Positions 1-9,439 of a DNA stretch of 32,000 nt are shown one piece after another. The stretch comes from Synechocystis sp. PCC 6803 substr. PCC-P (lineage in GTDB: Bacteria; Cyanobacteriota; Cyanobacteriia; Cyanobacteriales; Microcystaceae), in the NCBI RefSeq assembly GCF_000284455.1, contig NC_017039.1:2130001-2162000 (forward strand), read 5' to 3'. Position 1 is the stretch's first letter; every line of letters begins with the position of its first letter. The translations under genes and the position numbers were made by a program. A model generated the notes under the pieces. That model did not search any database. It had not been told where the DNA came from and saw only the letters and a program-made list of their open reading frames with translations.

Positions 1-65
1 GTTTTAATCAAGTATGCCAAGAAAATCGAGGGTTTTTGCTCGGTCAGTATGGGAACAGGAGCCAT
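1..65 (-). CDS. Possible 5' end of a minus-strand CDS running off the left edge (reads MAPVPILTEQKPSIFLAYLIK...)
   Basis: An ATG (complement of cat at 63-65) lies 18 nt downstream of the stop of the 84..284 gene. The frame stays open to base 1. Only about 21 codons are visible and there is no family signal. Confidence 0.25.
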   Translation of the reverse strand, partial: MAPVPILTEQKPSIFLAYLIK

Positions 66-83
66 AGCAACCAGCCGACAATG

Positions 84-284
84 TCAGGAAAGGCCCCCTA
101 ACTCAGAAGCAGATTGCTGGCGGTGTAGAATTTGCATAATCACCGCTTTAGCGTCCTCTAGGGCAAGGTTAGTATCCTGGTTTTTGTAGGCTATGCCGAG
201 TTGGTCGCACAGGTCGAAAACCGACTGCACAGTCAGATCGTACTCTGTGGCAATGGACTGAATCGACAGATCCGCAAACCCCAT
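84..284 (-). CDS. Small conserved hypothetical protein (66 aa, acidic, helical)
   Basis: Complete ORF in the track. Composition looks native. No domain that I can name with certainty. Confidence 0.55.
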   Translation of the reverse strand: MGFADLSIQSIATEYDLTVQSVFDLCDQLGIAYKNQDTNLALEDAKAVIMQILHRQQSASELGGLS

Positions 285-541
285 AAAATTTAATTGCTAT
301 GGTTTACCGAAAGATTGAGCGGTATAACTATCATGCCATTCTCGGTTCCCTTTGCCACAGCCTGCCGCCGGGGATCTAACCGAGATATGCTGTGCCCTAT
401 GCCATTGCTGGAAAAGATCCCGCCGCATTTGGGGGCTTTGGGCCGTTGGAAGCTCTGAATTTGGTTAAAATCGTCACCCCAGGGTAGGGATGTGTTGATT
501 AAGATATATTAAGCCCAACTTCCCATCACCCCTAATCAACC

Positions 542-1372
542 TTGTCCACTGCCTATCTGTTGGTTGCCCACGGTAGCCGTGATCCCCGTCCCCAGATCGC
601 CCTCGATCGCCTGACTTACCTAGTGGGTCAATTTTTACCCAGACCCCGCCCCCTGGAAAGCAAGAAAGGGTTAGCTAAGCGCAATGGGGCGGAAACTTGG
701 CGGGCGTATTATTCCGGAGGATTATTAACGGAGGTAAATCAGGGGAAGCAACTGGAACCGCCGGTGTTTAGTGCCAGCTTGGAGGCCCAGGCGTTACCTC
801 TCCATCAACAGTTGGTAAACTTAGCCGAAAACCTGATTCCCCAGGGGGTCAAACGGATTGTCATTCTGCCCCTGTTTCTGCTTATGGGAGTACATACCTG
901 TGAAGACTTGCCCCAGGCCATTGCCCAGGCCAAAGCGGAGTTGGGTAATAGCATCTCCATTCACTGTTTGCCCATTTTGGGGGTTTATCCCTGGCTACCA
1001 GCCTTACTAGAAAAGTCTTTCCTGCAGTACCAAAACCAACCCCAGGCGGAGAGAATCCTCTTGGCCCACGGTAGTAAACGGGCCGGTGGTAATTTGGCGA
1101 TCGCCACGGTGGCGGAAAAATTAGGGGCCAGGGCAGCCTACTGGAAAGGGGGCATTAGTTTGAACACCGTCCTGGGGGAAATTAAGACGCCGGGGGAAGT
1201 TGTGATTTTGCCTTACTTTCTATTTGCCGGAGGATTGACAGACCTGATCAGAAAAGAGCGGGAACAACTCCAATTGGTCCATGGCCAGCTCCGCCTGCAA
1301 TTGGGGGAACCCCTGGGGCCCCAACCGTTGCTGGCCCAGTTAATTGCCACGGAACTACAGCGTTTTAACTAG
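542..1372 (+). CDS. cbiX: CbiX/SirB-family sirohydrochlorin chelatase, long two-lobe form
   Basis: Two CbiX-type half-domains begin LLVAHGSRDP (N-terminal) and ILLAHGSKRAG (second half). The start is TTG, with no in-frame ATG nearby. Confidence 0.8.
   Translation: MSTAYLLVAHGSRDPRPQIALDRLTYLVGQFLPRPRPLESKKGLAKRNGAETWRAYYSGGLLTEVNQGKQLEPPVFSASLEAQALPLHQQLVNLAENLIPQGVKRIVILPLFLLMGVHTCEDLPQAIAQAKAELGNSISIHCLPILGVYPWLPALLEKSFLQYQNQPQAERILLAHGSKRAGGNLAIATVAEKLGARAAYWKGGISLNTVLGEIKTPGEVVILPYFLFAGGLTDLIRKEREQLQLVHGQLRLQLGEPLGPQPLLAQLIATELQRFN
1097..1104. repeat. HIP1 (GCGATCGC) highly iterated palindrome; first of at least 24 perfect copies I found by eye
   Basis: Perfect copies start at 1097, 2071, 2284, 4010, 7258, 8028, 9290, 9920, 10152, 11748, 12835, 13215, 13353, 13655, 14901, 18269, 19619, 21095, 21654, 22122, 22941, 23437, 26772 and 27837. 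This is a manual scan, so a few may be missed. Confidence 0.85.
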
Positions 1373-1375
1373 GTT

Positions 1376-1855
1376 TTAACTAGGGGGCAATAGCTCTTTT
1401 AAATCCATGGCCCAGTCCTGGGCTGTCAGGGCGATGCTCCTTCCTTCTCCTTGGTGGCACAGTTGAATTTGTAAATACTGACTTGGTAGTTGCGGTAATC
1501 TTTCCGGCCACTCGACCGCGGTAATACCCAAGGGAAAATCTTCCCCTTGCCAATATTGTTCCGGGTATAAATACTCGACTTCAAGGGTGTTAAGTCGATA
1601 CAAATCCAGATGGTAAAGGGGCATCTTACCTTCCCGATACTCATTAACAATGGTGAAAGTGGGACTGACAATTTCCCCCGTAATGCCCAACCCCCGGCCA
1701 AGGCCCTGGACTAAGCTAGTTTTCCCCGCTCCCAAATCCCCCTGCAACAAAATAATGGTGCCCAGCGGTAACTGTTGGGCCAATTGTTGTCCCCATTGAT
1801 CGGTAGCATTTAGGTCAGGGAGAAAAAATTCCATGGAGTTTTCATTCATCGGCAA
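1376..1855 (-). CDS. tsaE: tRNA threonylcarbamoyladenosine (t6A) biosynthesis ATPase TsaE (YjeE family)
   Basis: Walker A motif GDLGAGKTSLVQG, about 159 aa, and a conserved HLDLYRL segment typical of TsaE. Confidence 0.85.
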   Translation of the reverse strand: MPMNENSMEFFLPDLNATDQWGQQLAQQLPLGTIILLQGDLGAGKTSLVQGLGRGLGITGEIVSPTFTIVNEYREGKMPLYHLDLYRLNTLEVEYLYPEQYWQGEDFPLGITAVEWPERLPQLPSQYLQIQLCHQGEGRSIALTAQDWAMDLKELLPPS

Positions 1856-2028
1856 ATGGGAAACGTTTTAAGAATATTTGGACGAGTTTTATGGGGATGG
1901 GGCCGCCTTGGCAATGCTGACCCCTAGGCCTACCAAAATTTGTTAAGCTTTGTATCTAATTAGAGCCAATCTGTAACATTTTTTGACAGATCCAGTCCAG
2001 GCGTTCATCCTTTCCCTACTCCGCCATT

Positions 2029-4980
2029 ATGCCCAACCTAGAGCCCGCCGTTGTTGTCCCTACCTCCGAGGCGATCGCCGTTGACCTGACTAAGCTAGAG
2101 GAGAAGTTAGCTCCGGCGGATAGTTTTTTGGATCGTCACTTGGGCCCCGGAGAAACGGAACAGCGGCAAATGCTCCAGACACTGGGTTTTGATACTTTGG
2201 GGGATTTGATTGACCAAGCCGTGCCCCCGGCCATTCGCTTTCCCCGGTCTTTGCAACTACCAGCTTCCCAAAGTGAGTATGGGGCGATCGCCCAACTGAA
2301 ATCCATTGCCTCCAAAAATCAAGTTTTTCGCTCCTATATTGGCATGGGGTACTACGACACCATCACCCCGCCGGTTATCCAACGGAACATTTTAGAAAAC
2401 CCCGGTTGGTACACAGCCTATACCCCCTACCAAGCGGAAATTGCCCAGGGTCGGTTGGAAGCGCTGTTGAATTTTCAAACCATGGTGATGGATTTAACCG
2501 GGCTGGAAATTGCCAATGCTTCTTTGTTGGATGAAGGTACCGCCGCCGCTGAAGCCATGGCCCTGAGTTATGGGGTCAGCAAAAGTAAAGCCAATGCTTT
2601 TTTCGTTGCCCAGGACTGCCATCCCCAAACCATTGAGGTGATTAAAACCCGGGCCAATCCCCTCGGTATTGAAGTAATTGTCGGCGACCATCATACTTTT
2701 TCCTTTTCTACGTCCATTTTCGGCGCTTTACTGCAATACCCTGCCACCGATGGGGCTGTTTATGATTACCGTAGTTTCATTGACAAAGCCCATCAACACC
2801 AAGCCTTGGTTACCCTGGCCGCCGACCCCCTCAGTCTGACCCTGCTCACTCCCCCCGGTGAATTGGGGGCTGACATTGCGGTGGGCAGTACCCAGAGGTT
2901 TGGCATTCCCTTGGGTTACGGTGGGCCCCACGCCGCCTACTTTGCCACCAAGGCCGAATATCAGCGGAAAATGCCGGGACGCATTGTGGGGGTTTCCAAG
3001 GATGCCCATGGTAACCCCGCTCTCCGTTTAGCGCTGCAAACCAGGGAACAACATATCCGTCGGGACAAGGCCACTAGTAATATCTGTACTGCCCAGGTTC
3101 TCTTGGCAGTGATGGCTTCTATGTATGGGGTGTACCACGGTTCCACGGGGCTAAAAAATATTGCCCTGAGAATTCACCAGTTGACGGTCCTATTGGCGAT
3201 CGGCTTAAAGCGGTTAAATTACAGTCTCAATAATGATTACTTTTTCGATACCCTGCGGGTGGGGGTAGGGGAACAGAGTGCTCCAGCCATTTTGAAAGCG
3301 GCGGAAGGGCGGGGAATTAATCTGCGGCCCCTGGTCCCTGGGGAAGTGGGCATTAGCTTGGATGAAACGGTGACGGTGCAGGATCTGCTTGACCTGTGGC
3401 AAGTTTTTGCTGGTAAGGATAATTTACCCTTTACACCGGAGGAACTGTGGTCGGAAGTTAAAACGAGCTTTCCCGCCGATTTAACCCGTCAGAGTCTATA
3501 CCTACAGGATGCAGTTTTTAATCAGTACCATTCCGAAACCGAGTTACTGCGTTATTTGCATCAATTAGAAAGCAAAGATTTAGCCCTAAACACTTCCATG
3601 ATTCCGTTGGGTTCCTGCACGATGAAACTCAACGCCACAGCGGAAATGATGCCGGTTACTTGGCCTGAATTTGGCAAAATTCACCCCTTTGCCCCCGCTG
3701 GTCAAACGGAAGGTTATCAGATTTTATTTGCCCAATTGGAAGCCTGGTTGGGGGAAATCACCGGTTTTGATGCCATTTCTTTGCAACCTAATGCCGGTTC
3801 CCAAGGAGAATATGCGGGTTTGCAGGTGATCCGTCAGTATCACCTCAGTCGGGGTGAGGAACAACGCAATATTTGTTTAATCCCTGAATCGGCCCACGGC
3901 ACCAATCCAGCCAGTGCGGTGATGTGTGGCATGCAGGTGGTCCCGGTTAAGTGCGACGGGGAAGGCAACATCGATGTGGAAGATTTGACCAGTAAAGCAG
4001 AAAAGTACGGCGATCGCCTGGCGGCGTTAATGGTGACCTATCCTTCTACCCATGGGGTATTTGAAGCCACCATCGGAACTATTTGCGACATTGTGCATCG
4101 TTTTGGCGGCGAGGTTTACATGGATGGGGCCAATATGAATGCCCAGGTGGGACTGTGCCGTCCGGCTGATTTTGGGGCGGATGTGTGCCATCTCAATTTA
4201 CACAAGACTTTTTGCATTCCCCACGGCGGTGGCGGCCCCGGTATGGGCCCCATTGGGGTTAAATCCCATTTGCAGGCATTTTTACCCCGGACTAGTTTAA
4301 ATTCGACTGCTGAACTCCAAGCAGAAGACCAATCCATTGGCATGATTTCCGCTGCCCCTTACGGCAGTGCCAGTATCTTGGTTATTTCTTGGATGTACAT
4401 TGCCATGATGGGCCCCCAGGGTTTAACCAAGGCAACGGAGGTGGCCATTCTCAGTGCCAATTACATGGCAAAGCGGCTGGAAAATTATTACCCCATTTTA
4501 TTCAGGGGCAATAATGAGTTAGTGGCCCATGAATGCATTCTCGATCTGCGTCCCCTGAAGAAACAAGCGGCGATCGAGGTCGAAGATGTGGCCAAACGCC
4601 TCATGGATTTTGGTTTCCATGCCCCCACGGTGTCCTGGCCGGTGCTGGGTACCATGATGGTGGAGCCGACGGAGAGTGAATCCCTAGGGGAGTTAGACCG
4701 TTTTTGTGATGCCATGATTGCCATTTACCAAGAAGCTCAGGCGATCACCCATGGAGAAATTGATCCCGCTGATAACCCGTTGAAAAATGCTCCCCATACG
4801 GCCCAATCCCTCATCTGTGGCGAATGGAACCATCCCTACAGCCAGGAAGAAGCTGCTTACCCTGCTCCTTGGACTAAGCAGTTTAAATTTTGGCCCGCCG
4901 TTGGCCGCATTAATAATACCTACGGTGATCGCCATTTAGTTTGCTCCTGTGAAGGTATGGAGGCTTATAAGGAAGGATAG
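2029..4980 (+). CDS. gcvP: Glycine dehydrogenase (decarboxylating), glycine cleavage system P protein
   Basis: 983-aa single-chain P protein. Carries the hallmark [16 protein letters not shown] pyridoxal-phosphate lysine region and the [21 protein letters not shown] motif. Confidence 0.97.
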
Positions 4981-5085
4981 CCCAGGTAGCTTTATCCTAG
5001 AGAGATCGTCACTTGTGAAGGATTAATGAGGCGATCTCTAAAATGCTAGACTGAGAAACTGTAGTAAGAAATTCTGATTTTGAGT

Positions 5086-5565
5086 ATGACGAAGAAAGAG
5101 GCTCTTACCTTCGCTCAAGGCTTGGGGTGGACAAAGGCTGATGCGGAAAGGGCTTATCAAGCTTTAAATGTTAATTTCTCCGACCTTCAATCCACCCTCG
5201 ATTATTACAAACATGAGTACGGTATTGAGGATGTAACAGACCGAGATATAGCTGTTCTTTCACTCGTACTAGCAGATTTCGCAGGCGAGGTTTTGCTGGA
5301 TAGGCAAAGGAAACAAGCTGCACAACAAGGTGAAGTAACAAAAAAGAAAAATAAAATCAAAGAAATCGAACAGAGTCACGCCCAAGAAATTGCTGATTTT
5401 AAAAAAAGCTTCCACGAGCAACACAGTGCATTAATGGAGCTTTTGATAAAGGTTTATAGCACGGCGAAAAGATTCGGTCTAAAACCGGAACCGTGGATTG
5501 AAGCTATGATTGATGCTTATGAGGAGGCAAAAATTGGAACTGATAACTCGCAAACAGTTGCTTGA
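5086..5565 (+). CDS. Island ORF A: hypothetical helical protein with a Lys/Glu-rich central segment
   Basis: Open frame 5080-5565 (TTG at 5080, first ATG at 5086). AT-rich composition. I recognise no family. First gene of a three-ORF overlapping set. Confidence 0.55.
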   Translation: MTKKEALTFAQGLGWTKADAERAYQALNVNFSDLQSTLDYYKHEYGIEDVTDRDIAVLSLVLADFAGEVLLDRQRKQAAQQGEVTKKKNKIKEIEQSHAQEIADFKKSFHEQHSALMELLIKVYSTAKRFGLKPEPWIEAMIDAYEEAKIGTDNSQTVA

Positions 5566-5908
5566 ACTTGGATTGACAAGTTATCAAGCTCAGCGGATAA
5601 CTAAAGAACTTAAGCCGATTTCAAAAACAAAAAGAGGTAAAAATTACAATATTCAAGAGGTAATTTTATCGATTAATACCTTACTTGAAAATAAGAGGAT
5701 TCAGAAAAGAACAAGAACAAGTTTGAAAAAAGTAATAGATATATTGATCCCCACTCTTGACAATATCATACCTATTAGTTTTACTCAGGAAAACACATCT
5801 GAATTACAACAACTAGCACAGCAAGCATTAACTACAACCTTAGAAGTAAATCGTAAGCTAGCTAAGTTAGAAAGGCGTTCATTAGAAATTAAAGGACGAT
5901 ATGAATGA
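5534..5908 (+). CDS. Island ORF B: small putative winged-helix/excisionase-like HTH protein with a C-terminal coiled coil
   Basis: The frame is open from 5510. A TTG at 5534 lies 6 nt after a strong GAGGAGG (5521-5527); ATGs at 5513 and 5519 are alternative starts. The segment ITRKQLLELGLTSYQAQRITKELKPISKTKRGKNYNIQEV resembles the HTH_17/Xis-type helix-turn-helix plus wing pattern. That resemblance is inference only. Confidence 0.5.
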   Translation: MELITRKQLLELGLTSYQAQRITKELKPISKTKRGKNYNIQEVILSINTLLENKRIQKRTRTSLKKVIDILIPTLDNIIPISFTQENTSELQQLAQQALTTTLEVNRKLAKLERRSLEIKGRYE

Positions 5909-6266
5909 AGATTTAGATAATGACTTCCAAAAATTGTATGAAAAATACAAGCTAGCTCGCCGAAAATTTTGCCATGATCTAGAAAAGCTTCAGCGAAGGG
6001 AGGAAAATATAAGGGGTTATTATACTCCTCGAAATGTATTTAATCGTTGGCGAGACTCAATAGAAGGAAAAAAATGGAAACAAAATCAATATGAAAAACA
6101 GCAAGGAAAATGTGCTTGCTTTGGTTGTGCTTTTGTCGCTCAAAGCCCGGAATATCTTGAAATAGATCACATAAAACCTATTGCAACTCATCCCGAATTA
6201 TCTGTTAATATAAAAAACTTAAGATTGCTTTGCCCTCCCTGCAATAAAAGAAAAGGGGGGAGATAA
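5901..6266 (+). CDS. Island ORF C: small HNH endonuclease (121 aa)
   Basis: The motif set CACFGC ... EIDHIKP ... NLRLLCPPCNKRKG gives the His-Asn-His core flanked by two Cys pairs (zinc-ribbon HNH). The ATG overlaps the ORF B stop (ATGAATGA, 5901-5908). Confidence 0.8.
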   Translation: MNEDLDNDFQKLYEKYKLARRKFCHDLEKLQRREENIRGYYTPRNVFNRWRDSIEGKKWKQNQYEKQQGKCACFGCAFVAQSPEYLEIDHIKPIATHPELSVNIKNLRLLCPPCNKRKGGR

Positions 6267-6292
6267 ATTATTAAACTACTATTTTATTTTTT

Positions 6293-6448
6293 GTAAAACC
6301 TTTACATTACCTTGGAGGTGGAATGACTATTGAAGAGGTTTTGGATGATTTCCCTGATCTCACTCCAGAAGATATCCAGGCTTGTTTTGCCTTTGCTGCT
6401 GATCGTGATCGTCGCCTCATGGTTGTTCCTGATGAAATTGCTGTTTGA
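6293..6448 (+). pseudogene. N-terminally truncated DUF433-family (antitoxin-like) gene remnant
   Basis: The frame reads ..VKPLHYLGGGMTIEEVLDDFPDLTPEDIQACFAFAADRD.., matching the C-terminal half of DUF433 proteins (G-M-S/T-x-EEIL-x-D-[YF]P-x-L-T-x-EDI-x-A). The N-terminal half with the GTRI motif is absent. An in-frame stop at 6272-6274 caps the frame upstream. Confidence 0.5.
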
Positions 6449-6488
6449 TGAAAATTTCTCGCGCAATTCTGATTCAGTGTTGATCTGA
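6432..6488 (+). pseudogene. Truncated DUF5615-family (PIN-like toxin partner of DUF433) remnant, 18 codons
   Basis: Reads MKLLFDENFSRNSDSVLI*. MKLL-x-DEN-[FL] is the characteristic N-terminus of DUF5615 proteins, and the ORF overlaps the end of the DUF433 frame as in intact pairs. It terminates after 18 codons. Confidence 0.4.
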
Positions 6489-6549
6489 AATTAATTGTTG
6501 GAGCCGCAGCTAATTAGAAGCTAATCTGCACTCGAATGAAGATGAAAAC

Positions 6550-6969
6550 CTATCGTGAAAAATGCTGTTTCACCACATCCCAGGGGGAACAATCCCAATA
6601 ATCGATGTGGGAAATGATTAACCCAGCTTCATTTAGGGTTAATTCACTGCAGCCGCTGATGGCAATTCTCGGTTTCCAGGGCAGGGGAGAAGTCCAGTTC
6701 AAGGTCCAACGGGTGGTAATTTCCTGGTTCACCTGGGTAATCTCGTGGAGCTGTAGGTCGATCGCCTGAAACCAACGACCCAAGAATTGGATCATCTTTT
6801 CGTATCGAGCCAAACCCCGAAATTGGCTTAAAGGATCTTGAAAATAAACGTTTGGGTCATAGATGCTGAAGGTTTGGTGCCAGGGAAAATTGGCGTAGTC
6901 CTGTTGCAGAATGGTCAGAATGCGATCATTGGAGGTCATTTTGGGGCTTTCCATTGTCGGCGGTAACAT
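6550..6969 (-). CDS. NTF2-like/DUF2358-family protein conserved in cyanobacteria and plastid-bearing eukaryotes
   Basis: 139-aa ORF with native composition. The pattern IYDPNVYFQDPLSQFRGLARYEKMI ... ISHIDYWD fits what I recall of DUF2358. Confidence 0.65.
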   Translation of the reverse strand: MLPPTMESPKMTSNDRILTILQQDYANFPWHQTFSIYDPNVYFQDPLSQFRGLARYEKMIQFLGRWFQAIDLQLHEITQVNQEITTRWTLNWTSPLPWKPRIAISGCSELTLNEAGLIISHIDYWDCSPWDVVKQHFSR

Positions 6970-7019
6970 TGACTGGTTTAATTTTGTTAAGTTTATTTGA
7001 CATTTAGGAGGAAAAGGTT

Positions 7020-8222
7020 TTGTCTAAGCAATCGATCGCCAATTTGACGGAGGCAGACCTCGCAGGGAAACGGGTTTTTGTCCGGGTAGATTTTAATGTG
7101 CCCCTAGATAACGGCAGCATCACCGACGACACCAGGATTCGGGCAGCCTTACCCACCATCAAAGACCTGTTGAGCAAAGGCGCCAAAGTTATTTTGGGCA
7201 GTCATTTTGGCCGTCCCAAGGGCAAAGTAGTGGACAGCATGCGCCTCACCCCCGTTGGCGATCGCCTAGGGGAATTATTGGGCCAGCCGGTGGTCAAATG
7301 CGACGATTGCATTGGTGCTGAAGTTACAGCCAAAATTGCTAGCCTACCCAATGGTGGTGTGGCCCTGTTGGAAAATCTCCGCTTCCATGCCGGGGAAGAA
7401 GGTAACGATGCTGAATTTGCCAAAGCTTTAGCGGCCAACGCCGACCTCTACGTTAACGATGCCTTTGGTACTGCCCACCGGGCCCACGCTTCCACCGAAG
7501 GGGTCACCCATTTCCTCAGCCCCAACGTTGCTGGTTACCTAATCGAAAAGGAATTACAGTTCCTCCAAGGAGCCATCGAAGCCCCCAAACGTCCCCTAGT
7601 GGCGATCGTGGGAGGTTCCAAAGTGTCCAGTAAAATCGGTGTGATCGAAACCCTATTGGACAAGTGCGATAAGTTGATCATCGGCGGCGGCATGATTTTC
7701 ACCTTCTACAAAGCCCAAGGTTTAAACACCGGCAAATCCCTGGTGGAAGAAGACAAATTGGACTTGGCCAAATCCCTCATGGCTAAAGCCAAAGAAAAAG
7801 GCGTGGAATTTCTCCTGCCCACGGACGTAGTAGTGGCCGACAACTTTGCCCCCGATGCCAATGCCCAAACCGTTGGTGTCGATGCAATTCCCGATGGTTG
7901 GATGGGTCTAGACATTGGTCCCGACTCCGTCAAAACCTTCCAGGATGCCCTCGCTGGTTGTGGCACTGTCATCTGGAACGGCCCCATGGGGGTATTTGAA
8001 TTTGACAAATTTGCCGTTGGTACCGAGGCGATCGCCTGCAGCTTGGCTGAATTGACCGCCAGTGGCACTGTCACCATCATCGGTGGTGGAGATTCTGTCG
8101 CCGCAGTGGAAAAAGTGGGAGTGGCCGAAAAAATGAGCCATATTTCCACCGGTGGGGGCGCTAGCCTGGAATTGCTAGAAGGTAAAGTTCTGCCCGGCAT
8201 TGCCGCTTTAGATGACCGATAA
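7020..8222 (+). CDS. pgk: Phosphoglycerate kinase
   Basis: 400 aa, with RVDFNVPL, the [10 protein letters not shown]-terminal motifs and a GGGDS C-terminal motif. The TTG start is preceded by AGGAGG (7006-7011). Confidence 0.97.
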
Positions 8223-8490
8223 ATTCCCCTAGATGATACTGGAAAAAGATTTTTCTCGTCAGTTTGCAGACTGGACCACGGGATAACTTTTTTCACTAGA
8301 TGAATGGATTCTTTTCATCTTAGAACGCTGAAAAACTCCTCAGAAATTAACCGGGAAGATGGATGAAAATCTGTCCTCCCGTTTTTCATTATATCGCCCC
8401 GAGAAAAGTGCATCAATAACATTTTTGAATAATGGAGAGTGCTATAGCTAGGAATAGTTTATTATGCCAACTTTCCCCGAAAACTAACCT

Positions 8491-9420
8491 ATGCGACTAG
8501 AACAGTTACAGGCTTTTTTAAAAGTTGCAGAGCTAGGCAGTTTTCAACAGGCGGCATTACAATCGGAAGTCACCCAATCCACCATTAGTAGGCAAATTCA
8601 AGGTTTGGAATCTGCCCTCAAGTGCCAATTATTTCATCGGGGAGCCCAGGCTAAATTAACGGTGGCAGGGGAATTATTTCTGCGGCGGGCAAGGAAAATT
8701 TGTCAAGAATGGGATGTGGCTAGCGAAGAAATTAGTAGTCTTTTTCAAGGCAAACAAACGGAATTATGTGTGGCAGCAATTCACTCAGTTTGTGTCTCTT
8801 CCTTGCCTAGTTTATTGCCCAAATTTTGCCTGGGCCATCCCCAAATTCAACTACGGGTGACGGCCCTGGGGAGTGACCGGGCTTTGAAGGTTTTACAGGA
8901 TGGTTTGGTGGATGTGGCCATTATTATGAGCCATCGCAATTTAACTAATACCAAAGAGTTGGCTATTAAACCCCTCTATGAGGAGCAAATTTGTATTTTG
9001 ATGGCGAGCGATCATCCTCTGACAACAAAAAAATTTATCACCTGGGAAAATTTAGGCCCCTATCCCCAGGTTATTTTTAAAGATGGTTACCGGATGCGAC
9101 GACTGGTAGAAGATGAATTTAGTCGCCGGGAAATCCCCCTCAACGTTAGTTTAGAACTAAATATTCCTGAAGCCTTTTATGGGGTGGTACAGGGGAGCGA
9201 AATGATTGCCTTGATGCCCCAATCCTTGGTCACACCGGTGATTGATAATCCCAACTTTTCCGTGCGCTATTTATTTTGCCCAGAGTCCGGCGATCGCCAG
9301 GATTTTCGACGGCAAGTATCGGTGGTGACCACGGTGGATCGTTTGCAAATACCCCCCGTGGCCGAATTTTTCAATTTAGTAGTGGACCATTACCGCTGTG
9401 GAGCCTTGACAGTAAAATGA
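8491..9420 (+). CDS. ntcB: LysR-family transcriptional regulator, probably the nitrite-responsive nitrogen regulator NtcB
   Basis: N-terminal LysR HTH (LEQLQAFLKVAELGSFQQAALQSEVTQSTISRQIQGLE) plus a substrate-binding domain. The NtcB assignment rests on my recollection that ntcB follows pgk in Synechocystis PCC 6803. The family call is solid; the specific name is less so. Confidence 0.75.
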   Translation: MRLEQLQAFLKVAELGSFQQAALQSEVTQSTISRQIQGLESALKCQLFHRGAQAKLTVAGELFLRRARKICQEWDVASEEISSLFQGKQTELCVAAIHSVCVSSLPSLLPKFCLGHPQIQLRVTALGSDRALKVLQDGLVDVAIIMSHRNLTNTKELAIKPLYEEQICILMASDHPLTTKKFITWENLGPYPQVIFKDGYRMRRLVEDEFSRREIPLNVSLELNIPEAFYGVVQGSEMIALMPQSLVTPVIDNPNFSVRYLFCPESGDRQDFRRQVSVVTTVDRLQIPPVAEFFNLVVDHYRCGALTVK

Positions 9421-9439
9421 CGGGTTTAAAACCTAACCC

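Noticed and set aside
285-541. Possible cobalamin riboswitch in the 257-nt leader upstream of cbiX.
   Set aside because: I could not find a convincing B12 box (consensus like AGYCMGGAGACCKGCC) or the GGTGNNAANNCC element in the right order on the plus strand. An Rfam/Infernal scan would settle it.
1856-2028. Possible glycine riboswitch upstream of gcvP.
   Set aside because: There are no GGAGAG...CACCG-type conserved cores and no tandem aptamer arrangement visible.
5001-5039. An 8-bp inverted repeat, AGAGATCG ... CGATCTCT, after gcvP as a terminator.
   Set aside because: The loop is 23 nt and no T-tract follows, so it is not a convincing intrinsic terminator. It may instead be a structural or junction feature of the island.
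7706-8296. A 196-aa minus-strand ORF antisense to pgk. Similar antisense or out-of-frame ORFs lie inside gcvP (for example 2728-3009 and 4116-4935) and alaS (9600-11996).
   Set aside because: They lie wholly within strongly supported conserved genes and have Pro/Ser/Arg/Gly-rich, low-complexity translations with no motifs. These are typical shadow ORFs.
8408-8421. An NtcA-like site, GTGcatcaataACA, upstream of the ntcB-like gene.
   Set aside because: It satisfies only the minimal GT-N10-AC pattern, and the -10 candidate at the right spacing (TATAGC) is imperfect. That is too weak to call from sequence alone.
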